The position numbers were made by a program, and so were the translations under genes. A stretch of 64,000 nt of DNA from the NCBI RefSeq assembly GCF_963515975.1, contig NZ_CAUPZM010000002.1, positions 40,853 to 104,852 on the forward strand. The letters run 5' to 3'. Shown in pieces: positions 8,601-18,268 of this stretch (positions within the stretch are counted from its first letter, which is position 1; each line of letters begins with the position of its first letter). Below the pieces are notes generated by a model, which was not told the origin of the DNA, did no database searches, and saw only the letters and a program-made list of their open reading frames with translations. The stretch is from Campylobacter showae. Lineage in GTDB: Bacteria > Campylobacterota > Campylobacteria > Campylobacterales > Campylobacteraceae.

Positions 8601-10808
8601 GTCGTTAATGGTAAATACCGCGGTGCCTTTTAAGATGCTCGCGATTTTGCCTTTGTTCTGCAGCTTAAACGCAGTTGCGCCTTTACCTTCGCCGTCTAGA
8701 GTTACGGGCTTAGTAAACTGATCTAGGCCGTTTGCGGCGTATTCGCCGTTGCTAAATTTATACTCTTTAAATTTATCGTTTTTGTAATCTTGCTGATATA
8801 AATTTAACGCCACGTCGCCCTCTAAATTAGCTGCCGCGCCGCCGAAAAGGTAGTTGCTTTGCAGTTTTACGTCTATTAGATCATCTAGAGCGTAAATTTG
8901 CTTATCTAGCTTGACCTCGTTTTTGATGCGTTGCGGAGTGAATGACTCGACCGAGAAGTCGTAGCTATCGATGATTTTATTTGCAAAGATCACTTCAAAT
9001 TTAAAGGTTCCCGTTAGTCCCGAGTTTACCGGCTCGTCGAAATTTATCACGCCAAGCTCGGTCGTGTTTATGCTTTTATCTAGGATTACTTTGTTTTGCG
9101 GATCTCTGATTTTTAGCTTAACGGGCATGTTTGAGAGGCTCTTAAACAGCGCGTTTTTGATGATGATTTCGCCTTTTATGTTTTCCTGCGGGCGGATGAT
9201 GTTGCTAGCAAAATGCAAATATGCGTTATAAATTTCGCTTCTATCTTTGGCGTCTAAATTCGACTCCTCGTTTAAGCGTTTATTTTGCGATAGAGCGATG
9301 AAGCTTTGCTCCTTGCCCAGCGTTAAAACTGCGCTTGAGACGTCTTTGCCGATGTCTTTTTTGTTAAATTTAAACACGCCTTCGTCGTTTGTAATGCCGC
9401 TTGCGATGAGATTATTTTTTACGGAGTAGATTTTGACGTCCGCGTTTGCGACCACTTCGTTTTTACTCAAGCGGTTGGCAAATAAAAATACCTCGTCTTT
9501 TGAAACTTTCATGCTTAGGCCGATATCTGTTAGATAGACCGGTTTTTGGACGCTTTTGTCTTTGTCGTAGTAGATCGTGACCAGATAAACTCCGTCGCCG
9601 CCCTCGGCAAAGTCAAGTTTGATCTTGCTTTTTTGCATTTCGTTTTGAGCGCCACCGATCTCGTAGTTTTTGCTAGCGACCTCTTCGGCATAGTTATCTA
9701 AAGGAGTCTCGGTGAAATTTAAAAAGTATCTTAAATTTTGCTCTTTTAGCTTCTCGACGACGACTTTAGCGGTGTTTGTGTTTACGCTTTTTACGCCGAT
9801 CTCGCCTAGGCTAGACATATACGTGCCGCTATCGGTAAACTCTAAAAACGGCTTTAGATCGCCGAACTCGACGTTAAAGATAGAGTTTTCTCGAAGCATC
9901 GAGTAGTCGTCGCCAAAGCCCTTGTAGAAAGTGACTTTGTATGTTGTCTGCGGTTTGAAGTCGTTGCTGGTGATGTCGATATAGTAGTAGTAATACTCGC
10001 CGTCAGCGTCTTGATGGCTGGTGTACTCCATATCGCTCACTTCAAAGCTATTTACGCCCTCGACCTTAATGAATTTTTTAATATTATCCAAATCCACCCA
10101 ATCTTTAAGATAGAGTCTAGCCGCTAGTTTGCCGTTATCTAAGCTAATGCCCTCGACCTCGTTTAAAAACATAGTCTTGGCTTTTGGCTTATCGACGAAA
10201 TTTTCATCAGGGTTTGAGACTTTTTGCACGACTTCAAAGTTGTCGGCTAAATTTACACCCGAAGCGTTTTTGAGATTTTTGGAGACCGCAAATACCAAAT
10301 TGTCGCCGCTTTCAAGTAGCTTTATCTGAAAGCTTCTAGGCGTTTTGGCTACGATTTTATATTTGATATTTTGCTTGGCTAAATTTTGCTTGTCGTAAAT
10401 TTTAAAATTTGCGGCAAACTCATCCTCGCTAACATCATCGTTAAATACCGCTAAAAAGGTATCCCCGGAGTATTCGATCATATTTGATAGTACGAAGTCC
10501 CCGCCGTAAAATTTGGCCTTGCTCTCGCCTTTTTTGCACGAGTAGCTTACGCCTTTTGCTAGAGGCTTTTTAGGGTAAAATAAAATCTGGCTTGATCCGT
10601 ATTCAAAGGCTCCGGTTACCTCTGGAGAGCACTCGATTATCTTTTTGTGCGTAACTTTGCCTATGAGCGACTGTTCGTTTTGAGCGTATTTGACGCCAAG
10701 ACTCACCGAGCCGTCGTCTAATGCCCTGCTTGAACCGTCAAGCGTAAAGGCGCTTAAATGTGATGCCAAAAGGCAACTTAGGCTTAAGCCGATTAGCTTA
10801 AAACGCAT
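5643..10808 (-). CDS. Bacterial alpha-2-macroglobulin family protein (YfhM-like)
   Basis: 1721 aa, N-terminal signal peptide, thioester motif YPYGCAEQ, LFAVDEGVLQIT, bait-region FGGD, EDDRV; adjacent to pbpC. Confidence 0.95.
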   Translation of the reverse strand: MRFKLIGLSLSCLLASHLSAFTLDGSSRALDDGSVSLGVKYAQNEQSLIGKVTHKKIIECSPEVTGAFEYGSSQILFYPKKPLAKGVSYSCKKGESKAKFYGGDFVLSNMIEYSGDTFLAVFNDDVSEDEFAANFKIYDKQNLAKQNIKYKIVAKTPRSFQIKLLESGDNLVFAVSKNLKNASGVNLADNFEVVQKVSNPDENFVDKPKAKTMFLNEVEGISLDNGKLAARLYLKDWVDLDNIKKFIKVEGVNSFEVSDMEYTSHQDADGEYYYYYIDITSNDFKPQTTYKVTFYKGFGDDYSMLRENSIFNVEFGDLKPFLEFTDSGTYMSSLGEIGVKSVNTNTAKVVVEKLKEQNLRYFLNFTETPLDNYAEEVASKNYEIGGAQNEMQKSKIKLDFAEGGDGVYLVTIYYDKDKSVQKPVYLTDIGLSMKVSKDEVFLFANRLSKNEVVANADVKIYSVKNNLIASGITNDEGVFKFNKKDIGKDVSSAVLTLGKEQSFIALSQNKRLNEESNLDAKDRSEIYNAYLHFASNIIRPQENIKGEIIIKNALFKSLSNMPVKLKIRDPQNKVILDKSINTTELGVINFDEPVNSGLTGTFKFEVIFANKIIDSYDFSVESFTPQRIKNEVKLDKQIYALDDLIDVKLQSNYLFGGAAANLEGDVALNLYQQDYKNDKFKEYKFSNGEYAANGLDQFTKPVTLDGEGKGATAFKLQNKGKIASILKGTAVFTINDDGKNVSASNDFSVYPFDVMVGVRANDTYIDANSKLTLNFVSVDPLKDEELKDRQKAVEIKKAIWDYNYNKEGYLKWSKRYEKVFSDTLSGSEFVYDFKQSGDYVVVVSDILSGHSSNLDIYVSGWDYGGTLQPTKELAKAKIKLNQKVYKKGDSLNVDVSSVLKSGIGIITVESENVKKYKVVNIQNNVANAKFDLDFDFEGLYVTASIMRVADNDTMPFRTYDKVYAKADKSYRATNVSIEAPKVVKSNSKFKTSVKTEPNAEVTLFAVDEGVLQITNQKLKSPLDFFDKILNDGVLDYDIYSNLSGFKKDGKVLSFGGDAAAALMEMRMAKFASPVDKKNVKTYIKMQTAKAGTDGVANFDVEVPSDFNSEINLAALSVIGDKLGFSVNAVKVKDDIILKPTQTAYLIQGDQVNYTLRVINTTKEPKTVALSIDTNLNAQLAVDSIELKPNENAKLNFTIDANATGKSYINFTANDGKNGYTYSQKLDVIHAYPLSTYAKNFQATVEKTFKLDSEFKRIRIDASSSIKGVLSANSDKLVNYPYGCAEQRSSKLFELNFLVLGGDDSKEAKAKEADRRRFVEAGIQDVVNMQKTDGSIGYWNQLGYTNNFASIYSIDMLFTLEKSGFALDSHVKNKAIDWLRAFGSNDNFQALYAAYVLSTQKKLDRSKLNALYDQKRYQGSALEGYLMAAILKNEGLNKESEKVLKELNKSTYNREKELADNFGSEIRNKAFMLLLHANHFEKNAFSDELADYLIARVDKLHSTQERAFTLRALRAYIKDVSSENKFKLIADGHDLNFDGRGAINIAPKKPEITIVPENGAAVYLGVSASGYKKLDVNHKFDKKGLDIYRTFVGKDGKEIDINALKVNDVIYSKLSLKTNEFIRNGVINETISPCLEVVNENIVPNVRTEATKNSLTLEHQNIEDDRVLSFYSLDASKDAHVLYTPLRVVMSGKCMLPAVITENMYDESMSDYDLAQHEFIVK

Positions 10809-12976
10809 TAAAACCTCCTTATTTCGATATTGATTTCACTTAAATTCGAATTTTCGTCCAGACACCCGAGCTTATGTTTGCCTTGCGTTAAATTTAATGT
10901 ATTTTCGCTCGCGTTGTTTACTTTTTCCCATTCGTTTTCGTCGATCTTGAGATATATCTCATCGCCGATATATGCGTAACATTTTAGCATAACTTTAGTT
11001 AAATTCTCGTCGCTTAGCAGAATTTGATTATTTGACGGCGTTGCAACGAGAGGTTTATAGCTTTTAAACTTATAGTAACAAGGACTATCTTTGATATCTT
11101 CTTGAGTGATCGCGCCGTTTTTGAGTAAAAATCCTACTTCATCGCCCCTGATACTCTCGCAGATATCTTTTAGCTCTACTCCCTCTATCCGCCAGTCCTC
11201 CTCCTCGTCTCTGCACTCTTTAAATTTAAATGCGTCAAGGCAGGTTTTTTTGCTCTCTATGCCGCTTGGCGTGTTCATGAAAGATAATTTTTGCTTTTGA
11301 GCCAGCAGCTTAAAGACGTCAAAAACCGTGCGAGAAGCGTCGCTAAATCCGCTTAAATTTTGCGTCTTTTTGCCGTTAAAGTTACCAAACCACACCGCGA
11401 CCGTGTAGTCGCTATTTACGCCGATCGTATAGATATCGCGCGAGCCGTAGCTGGTACCGGTTTTAAAGGCGATTTGCGGCGTGTCTTTTGCATATTGCCA
11501 CGCGACGCCTAGATAACTGCGGGAGGCGGAGGAGAGCATTTTTGAGGTTAGATAGGCGCTTTGCGGGCTTATTAGCCGTCCGTAGCCTAGTAGCGTCTTA
11601 CCCGCGACTTCAAGCGGTTTTAGCTCGCCGCCGTTTGCGTAGATCGTGTAGAGGTGGGCTAAATTTAGCAAACTCATCTCCGCGCTTCCAAGCGCGATAC
11701 TGTCTGCGTAAAATTCCTTTGAATAACTCACCAAATGCACTCTAGAAAGCAACTCGTAAAGAGAGTTTTCGCCAAGCTTGTTGTTTAGGCTAACGGCGGG
11801 GATATTTAAACTGAGCGCTAGCGCCTCGGTCGCCGAGATGATACCGAAAAACCTGCTGTCGTAGTTTTTGGGCGCGTACTCTCCGAGGAAAATTTCTGTA
11901 TCTATCATCTGGCTTTTTGGCGTGATGAAGCCCTCGTCGAGTCCTAGCGAAAATATAAACGGCTTTAGCGTCGAGCCCACGTTTCTACTCATCGTTACGC
12001 CGTCGTTTTGTCCCTGCGGAGCGTGCCAGTCGTGCGAGCCTACGTATGCCGCTACGCTCATATTTTTGTTATCGATTATTATCCCCGCGGCATTGTAGGC
12101 GTCTTTTGATTTTAGCGAGGTTGCCGTATTTTTTAGCGCGTTTTCGAGTAAAATTTGCAAATTTAGATCCAAATTTGAGTGCGTAACGCCGTTTTTTAGA
12201 GCTTGTGCGGCGTAGTGCCTGGCCTTATAAACGGCGTCGTAGCGTTTGTTTTTAAACGGCTCTCTTTGTGCCCTTTGGAAGGCGCTTTGATCTATCACGC
12301 CCGCTTTATAAAGTAGCTTAATGGCGCGGTTTTTTAGCGCGTTGATATTTGATTTTTTATCTAGGCGGTTGGCGTTTGGATTTTTTGGGATCGTGCTTAA
12401 AAGCGCGCATTCGGCGATACTAAGCTCGCTAAGCTCTTTACCGAAATAAAACCTCGCCGCAGCCGCAGCACCCTCGATATTTCCGCCGTATGGAGCGAGG
12501 TTAAAGTAAAAATCTAAAATTTCGTCCTTACTGTAATGCCACTCAAGCTGAAGCGCGGTAAAGATTTCTTTAAATTTATTTGCGTAGGTGCGTTCGTCCC
12601 GTTTCATCATGCGCGCGACTTGCATCGTGATCGTGGATGCGCCGATGCGGTTAGAGTGCGTGAAATTATGCGCTGCAGCGCGGATCATGGCAAATGGATT
12701 TACGCCGATGTGGTAGTAGAAAAATTTGTCCTCAAACAAAATAACGCTATCTTTTAGCGTCTGCGGGATGTTTTTGGCTTCAAATCTCCAAATTTCGTCG
12801 CTACTAGGCCGAAGGGCTATGATTTGGCCGTTTTTATCAAAAAGTATAAGCGAATTTTCCCGCTTTAGCGCTTTCGTGTCAAGCGGATAAGCGTAATCAA
12901 GCGCCAAAAAAGCTACGAAGCAAAGCAGGACAAAGGCGAGAAAAAATTTGATAAATTTAGCTAAAACTCTTTTCAT
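10808..12976 (-). CDS. pbpC: Penicillin-binding protein 1C
   Basis: Transglycosylase EDKFFYYHIG and GASTITMQVAR; transpeptidase STLK, SLN, KTGT; paired with A2M. Start set at MKRVL (12976). Confidence 0.93.
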   Translation of the reverse strand: MKRVLAKFIKFFLAFVLLCFVAFLALDYAYPLDTKALKRENSLILFDKNGQIIALRPSSDEIWRFEAKNIPQTLKDSVILFEDKFFYYHIGVNPFAMIRAAAHNFTHSNRIGASTITMQVARMMKRDERTYANKFKEIFTALQLEWHYSKDEILDFYFNLAPYGGNIEGAAAAARFYFGKELSELSIAECALLSTIPKNPNANRLDKKSNINALKNRAIKLLYKAGVIDQSAFQRAQREPFKNKRYDAVYKARHYAAQALKNGVTHSNLDLNLQILLENALKNTATSLKSKDAYNAAGIIIDNKNMSVAAYVGSHDWHAPQGQNDGVTMSRNVGSTLKPFIFSLGLDEGFITPKSQMIDTEIFLGEYAPKNYDSRFFGIISATEALALSLNIPAVSLNNKLGENSLYELLSRVHLVSYSKEFYADSIALGSAEMSLLNLAHLYTIYANGGELKPLEVAGKTLLGYGRLISPQSAYLTSKMLSSASRSYLGVAWQYAKDTPQIAFKTGTSYGSRDIYTIGVNSDYTVAVWFGNFNGKKTQNLSGFSDASRTVFDVFKLLAQKQKLSFMNTPSGIESKKTCLDAFKFKECRDEEEDWRIEGVELKDICESIRGDEVGFLLKNGAITQEDIKDSPCYYKFKSYKPLVATPSNNQILLSDENLTKVMLKCYAYIGDEIYLKIDENEWEKVNNASENTLNLTQGKHKLGCLDENSNLSEINIEIRRF

Positions 12977-13076
12977 TTCGCGATTATATCGAATTTTACG
13001 CATAAAATCTCGAAAGATTAAATTTATGATAATTGATATATAATTTCAAATATTAATTTAAGCAAAGGAGAAAACC

Positions 13077-14504
13077 GTGGAATATAGAATAGAAAAAGAC
13101 ACGATGGGCGAGGTAAAGGTTCCAAACGACAAATATTGGGGAGCGCAAACGCAGCGTAGCCGCGAAAATTTCGAGATCGGAGTGGGGCTGGAGACGATGC
13201 CAAGAGAGGTCATAGAGGGCTTTGCCTACCTAAAAAAGGCGTGCGCGCTGGTTAATCGCAAGCTGGGCCGCCTAGACGAGCCTCGCACCGAGGCGATCGC
13301 GCAGGCGTGCGATGAAATTTTAAACGGCAAGCTGGACGGAAATTTCCCTCTGGTCGTGTGGCAGACGGGCTCGGGCACGCAGTCGAATATGAATTTAAAC
13401 GAAGTCGTTTCAAACCGCGCGATGGAGATTTTGGGGCTAAATTTCCGCGATAAGGCGGCATTGGACGCCAAAGACGCAAAATTCGTGCACCCAAACGATC
13501 ACGTAAATAAAGGCCAGAGCTCAAACGACACCTATCCTACGGCGATGCGAATAGCCTTTGTACTGGAGCTGCAAAAAAAGCTACTGCCAGCAATCCAAAA
13601 ACTTGAAGCGACGCTGGATAAAAAGACCGCCGAGTTTGCGGGGATCGTAAAGATCGGCCGCACCCACTTGCAAGACGCCACGCCGCTCACGCTCGGACAG
13701 GAATTTAGCGGCTACGCGCATATGCTAAAGGCGAGCAAGGCGCAGATCCTAGCTACCATGCCGTTTTTAGAAGAACTTGCCATCGGCGGCACCGCGGTGG
13801 GCACGGGGCTAAACTCGCACCCGAAATTTAGCGAAATGGTAAGCGACGAGCTAAACGCGCTAACTGGCACGGCGTTTAAATTTAAGTCCCATCCGAATAA
13901 ATTTCACGGCCTAACCAGCCACGACGCCGAGGTATTTTTAAGCGGCGCGCTAAACGGTCTGGCGGCAAATTTGATGAAGATCGCAAACGACGTGCGCTGG
14001 CTGGCAAGCGGGCCAAGATGCGGCATCGGCGAGATAAACATCCCCGAAAACGAGCCCGGAAGCTCGATAATGCCGGGCAAGGTAAATCCGACGCAGTGCG
14101 AAGCCGTCACGATGGTAGCGGCGCAAGTAATGGGCAACCACGTCTCGATCTCCATCGCCGCCAGCCAGGGCAACTTCGAGTTAAACGTCTTTAAGCCGGT
14201 GCTTACCTACAACCTCATCCAAAGCATCCGCCTGCTAAGCGACGCTATGGTAAGCTTTGAGAAACACTGCGCTTGCGGTATCACGGCAAACGAGGCTAAA
14301 ATCGACAAGCTACTGCACGAAAGTCTGATGCTCGTAACCGCGCTAAATCCGCACATCGGCTACGCAAATGCCGCTAAGATCGCCAAAACCGCGCACCATA
14401 ACGGCACGACGCTGCGTGAGGAAGCGATAAAATCGGGCATACTAACCGCTGAGGAATTTGACGCGTGGGTGGTGCCTGAGGATATGATCGCGCCGAAGGA
14501 GTAA
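13077..14504 (+). CDS. fumC: Class II fumarate hydratase
   Basis: [52 protein letters not shown] start. Confidence 0.97.
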   Translation: MEYRIEKDTMGEVKVPNDKYWGAQTQRSRENFEIGVGLETMPREVIEGFAYLKKACALVNRKLGRLDEPRTEAIAQACDEILNGKLDGNFPLVVWQTGSGTQSNMNLNEVVSNRAMEILGLNFRDKAALDAKDAKFVHPNDHVNKGQSSNDTYPTAMRIAFVLELQKKLLPAIQKLEATLDKKTAEFAGIVKIGRTHLQDATPLTLGQEFSGYAHMLKASKAQILATMPFLEELAIGGTAVGTGLNSHPKFSEMVSDELNALTGTAFKFKSHPNKFHGLTSHDAEVFLSGALNGLAANLMKIANDVRWLASGPRCGIGEINIPENEPGSSIMPGKVNPTQCEAVTMVAAQVMGNHVSISIAASQGNFELNVFKPVLTYNLIQSIRLLSDAMVSFEKHCACGITANEAKIDKLLHESLMLVTALNPHIGYANAAKIAKTAHHNGTTLREEAIKSGILTAEEFDAWVVPEDMIAPKE

Positions 14505-14591
14505 ATTTGGTCGCTTGATTTTTGGGCTCGGCGAGATTTGGGCGATTTTGCCGAGCCTAAGTAAAATCCGTAAATTTAAGAGCGAAATTTA
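14502..14591. repeat. AAATTT-bounded imperfect hairpin after fumC
   Basis: Outer taaatttggtcgctt / aagagcgaaattta; inner ttgggctcggcgagat / attttgccgagcctaa; begins in the fumC TAA. Confidence 0.7.
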
Positions 14592-14602
14592 CGGTTGCGC
14601 CT

Positions 14603-14628
14603 TAAATTTTACTCAAATTTGCCGATAT
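14603..14628 (+). promoter_or_regulatory. Putative sigma28 (FliA) promoter
   Basis: TAAA (14603-14606)-N14-GCCGATAT (14621-14628), 24 nt upstream of ATG 14653. Confidence 0.6.
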
Positions 14629-14652
14629 ACTTTTAAATTTAAAGGCGCGGCG

Positions 14653-15054
14653 ATGGATGTAAAACTAAACATAAATTTAAACTCAAATTTGATGAGCGTC
14701 GGCAAAAGCTCAGCGGCGGCTAGCGCGGCAAATTTAAACGCAGGCGCGCTAAATTTAAAAAGCGTAAATTTGCAAAGCGGCGATAGAGGCGATATCTTGC
14801 GCGGCGCGTCAGATTTTTTTGATAGCGCAAACGAGGGTGAAAGCAGCGCCGATATCTTAAAAAAGCAGCTAGAAAAACTGCAAAAACGACTAAAAGAGCT
14901 TGAAGCCGCGATAAAGCGAGTAAAAGCGAGCAAAAATCCATACGCAAAAGATATGGCGGCCTCGCTTGAGACGCAAAAGGGAGCGGTATTTGCGCAGATA
15001 ATGCAAATAAGCGCGCGAATTTTAGAAATGCAAGGCGGCCAGAGTAAAATTTGA
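14653..15054 (+). CDS. Hypothetical coiled-coil protein, FlxA-like
   Basis: ATG 14653 after AAAGG; C-terminal heptads ILKKQLEKLQKRLKELE...LETQKGAVFAQIMQI resemble FlxA-like proteins; sigma28-type promoter upstream. Confidence 0.6.
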   Translation: MDVKLNINLNSNLMSVGKSSAAASAANLNAGALNLKSVNLQSGDRGDILRGASDFFDSANEGESSADILKKQLEKLQKRLKELEAAIKRVKASKNPYAKDMAASLETQKGAVFAQIMQISARILEMQGGQSKI

Positions 15055-15308
15055 CGCCGTAAATTTGTATTTCAAATTTTAAAGCCTTTGAACTAAATTC
15101 GTAAATTTAAGAAATAGGGCGATTTTGATTTTAAAATATCAAAATATAAAAATAATTTGTCAAATCTATCTTTTTATACTTTAATTATTTTTTAGAGCTT
15201 TATTTGCAAAAATATCACTAAAATAACAATAAACTTAATCATAAAAACTAATATTTTTGCTAAATATAAAATTTTAAATTTTAGTTGTAATATTTCAATT
15301 TCTAAAGC

Positions 15309-15369
15309 TATTTGATAATGATTAAAGACAAATTTACTCCGTTATCAAATATGCAAAAAATGCATATTT
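15309..15369. promoter_or_regulatory. Two overlapping inverted repeats upstream of hydA
   Basis: tatttgataa (15309-15318) / ttatcaaata (15342-15351), and aaatatgca (15347-15355) / tgcatattt (15361-15369), in an AT-rich promoter region. Confidence 0.45.
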
Positions 15370-15387
15370 TACCCCAAAGGAGAGAGC

Positions 15388-16536
15388 ATGAGAGATGACG
15401 TCCTAGTTAGGATAAACGAGAGGCTTAACGTGCTTGCCGCGCTTCCGACTCTAAAAAATGGATCGATCGGCGAAGCTTTAAAGAAAAGCGGATTTAGCAG
15501 GCGCGATTTTATGAAATGGGCGGGCGCGATGACGGCGTTTATGGCGCTACCTGCGTCGATGGCGCCTACAGTGGCTAGAGCCGCCGAGCTTAGCGATAGA
15601 TTGCCCGTGATATGGCTACACATGGCCGAGTGTACGGGATGTAGCGAGAGCTTGCTTCGCACCGATGCGCCTACGATCGATAGTCTTATTTTTGACTACA
15701 TTAGCCTTGAGTATCATGAAACCGTGATGGCGGCGGCAGGCTGGCAGGCGGAAGAAAATTTAGAAAGCGCGATCGAAAAATACAAAGACAGATACATCCT
15801 GCTGGTTGAGGGCGGCATACCTACGGGCGAGACGGAAAACTATCTAACGGTCGGTCCTTTGGGGCTTAGCGGCCTTCATCACGCAAAACACGCAAGCGAG
15901 AACGCCGCGGCGATATTTGCTATCGGCACCTGTTCGAGCTTCGGCGGAGTGCAGGCCGCAAGGCCAAATCCCTCAAATTCCGTCGGTCTATCAAAAGTAA
16001 CCTCAAAACCCGTTATAAACGTCCCGGGCTGTCCTCCCAGCGAGAAAAATATCGTGGGCAACGTCCTTCACTACATACTTTTTGGTACTTTACCAGCGCT
16101 TGACGTATTTAACCGTCCAAAGTGGGCTTACGGGCTTAGGATCCACGATCTATGCGAGCGAAGGGGGCATTTTGACGCGGGCGAGTTCGTGCAGACCTTT
16201 GGCGACGAGGGCGCAAAAAACGGCTACTGCCTCTATAAAGTCGGCTGCAAGGGCCCATATACGTTTAATAACTGCTCTCGCGAGAGATTTAATCAGCACA
16301 CCAGCTGGCCGGTGCAAGCAGGCCACGGCTGTATAGGCTGCTCGGAGCCTAATTTTTGGGATACTATGGGGCCTTTTGAGGAGCCGATGGCAGATAGGCT
16401 ATTTAACACCGTTTTGGGTCTAGGCGCCGATAACGTCAGCGATAAAATCGGCATCGGAGTGCTGGCGCTCGCAGGCATCGGCATAGCAGCGCACGCCGCG
16501 ATAAGCATTTTTGCTAAAGACAAAGAGGAGGCGTAA
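15388..16536 (+). CDS. hydA: Ni/Fe uptake hydrogenase small subunit
   Basis: Tat motif SRRDFMK, ECTGCSES, GCPP, HDLCERR, GCKGP, C-terminal membrane anchor. Confidence 0.97.
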   Translation: MRDDVLVRINERLNVLAALPTLKNGSIGEALKKSGFSRRDFMKWAGAMTAFMALPASMAPTVARAAELSDRLPVIWLHMAECTGCSESLLRTDAPTIDSLIFDYISLEYHETVMAAAGWQAEENLESAIEKYKDRYILLVEGGIPTGETENYLTVGPLGLSGLHHAKHASENAAAIFAIGTCSSFGGVQAARPNPSNSVGLSKVTSKPVINVPGCPPSEKNIVGNVLHYILFGTLPALDVFNRPKWAYGLRIHDLCERRGHFDAGEFVQTFGDEGAKNGYCLYKVGCKGPYTFNNCSRERFNQHTSWPVQAGHGCIGCSEPNFWDTMGPFEEPMADRLFNTVLGLGADNVSDKIGIGVLALAGIGIAAHAAISIFAKDKEEA

Positions 16537-16538
16537 AA

Positions 16539-18257
16539 ATGAGCGAACAAAGAATAGTAATAGACCCCATAACTAGGATAGAGGGTCACCTGCGCGTAGA
16601 GGTCGTCGTAGATGAAAATAACGTAGTTAAAGAGGCCTACTCGGGCTCGACGCTTTGGCGCGGTATAGAGCAGATCGTAAAGGGGCGCGATCCGAGGGAT
16701 GCGGGATTTTTCACGCAGAGGATTTGCGGCGTTTGTACGTTTTCGCACTACCGCGCGGGCATCATGGCCGTCGAGGACGCGCTAGGTATCACGCCTCCGC
16801 TAAACGCGCAGCTAACGCGCACCCTGATGAACAACGCCCTTTATATGCACGATCATCCCGTGCATTTTTATCAGCTTCACGGGCTTGACTGGGTAGACGT
16901 GGTCTCGGCTCTAAGCGCGGACGTGCACAAGGCTAGCGACGAGGCGTTTAAATACTGCGACACGCCTTACGCTACGGGCGCAGATAAGCTAAAAGAGGTA
17001 AAAGAGCGAGTCGAGGCCTTCGTAAAAAAGGGAAATTTAGGGCCTTTTGCCAACGCCTACTGGGGACATCCGACCTATAAATTTACGCCCGAGCAAAATT
17101 TGATCGCGCTTTCTCACTATTTAGAGTGCCTAAGGATACAAAGAACGGTAGCGCAGATGATGGCGATATTTGGAGCAAAACAGCCTCATCCTCAAAGTCT
17201 CACCGTGGGCGGCGTGACCTGCGTGATGGACTTGCTAGATCCCGCAAGATTAGGCGAATATCTAACCAAATTTCAAGAAACGGCTGATTTTATCAACCGA
17301 GCGTATTATCCAGATCTAGTCATGGCGGCTAAAGCCTACGGCAGCGAGCCAAGCGTACTAAAAGACGTCGGCGTATCAAATTTATTCGCTTACGACGAGT
17401 TTTTAGTCGGCAAAAACGAGTATCTGATCCAAGGCGGAGTTATCCTAAACGGCGACATCAGTAAGGTTTACGAAGTAAACGGCGACAAGATCACCGAAGA
17501 AGCCACTCGCGCATGGTATAAAAACCCGGCTCCGCTGCATCCGTACGACGGCGAGACCGAGCCAAACTACACCGGCTTAAAAGATATGAAAACATTGGGC
17601 GGCAGCGGCAAAGAGGTAGATACCAAGGTCTTTGACGAAAAGGGCAAATATAGCTGGATCAAAGCCCCTCGCTATGACGGCAAACCGATGCAGGTGGGGC
17701 CTCTTGCCAGTATCGTCATAAACTACGCCAAAGGCAACGAGCGCGTGGTAAAGATCGTAGATAAATTTTTAAAAGACACGGGACTTCCGCTTGAGGCGGT
17801 ATTTTCTACTCTAGGCAGAACCGCAACCAGGATGCTAGAGGCTAAACTAGTAGCCGATCATGGATTAACGGCCTTTAATAGCCTAGTAGAAAATCTAAAA
17901 ACCGATCAAGAAACCTGCGCTAAGTACGTCATAGATAACGGTAAAGAGTATAAGGGAAATTTCCAAGGCAACGCCCCTCGCGGCGCGCTTAGCCACTGGT
18001 GCCGCATAAAAGACGGCGTGATAACCAACTGGCAAGCAGTCGTGCCTAGCACGTGGAACGCCTCGCCAAAAGATGCCGCAAACGCGCGCGGAAGCTACGA
18101 GGAGTGCCTCATCGGGCTAAAGATCGCCGATCTAACCAAGCCGCTTGAGATCATCCGCAAGATCCATTCGTACGATCCTTGTATCGCATGCGCCGTGCAC
18201 GTGATGGATGCGCGCGGCAAGCAGCTGGGCGAATACAAAATCAACCCGAATTTGTGA
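16539..18257 (+). CDS. hydB: Ni/Fe uptake hydrogenase large subunit
   Basis: DPITRIEGH, L1 RICGVC, L2 DPCIACAVH plus C-terminal maturation tail. Confidence 0.98.
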   Translation: MSEQRIVIDPITRIEGHLRVEVVVDENNVVKEAYSGSTLWRGIEQIVKGRDPRDAGFFTQRICGVCTFSHYRAGIMAVEDALGITPPLNAQLTRTLMNNALYMHDHPVHFYQLHGLDWVDVVSALSADVHKASDEAFKYCDTPYATGADKLKEVKERVEAFVKKGNLGPFANAYWGHPTYKFTPEQNLIALSHYLECLRIQRTVAQMMAIFGAKQPHPQSLTVGGVTCVMDLLDPARLGEYLTKFQETADFINRAYYPDLVMAAKAYGSEPSVLKDVGVSNLFAYDEFLVGKNEYLIQGGVILNGDISKVYEVNGDKITEEATRAWYKNPAPLHPYDGETEPNYTGLKDMKTLGGSGKEVDTKVFDEKGKYSWIKAPRYDGKPMQVGPLASIVINYAKGNERVVKIVDKFLKDTGLPLEAVFSTLGRTATRMLEAKLVADHGLTAFNSLVENLKTDQETCAKYVIDNGKEYKGNFQGNAPRGALSHWCRIKDGVITNWQAVVPSTWNASPKDAANARGSYEECLIGLKIADLTKPLEIIRKIHSYDPCIACAVHVMDARGKQLGEYKINPNL

Positions 18258-18268
18258 AAGGAGCGGCT

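Noticed and set aside
18170..18200. Selenocysteine ([NiFeSe]) in HydB
   Set aside because: The L2 motif is DPCIAC with ordinary Cys codons and no in-frame TGA.
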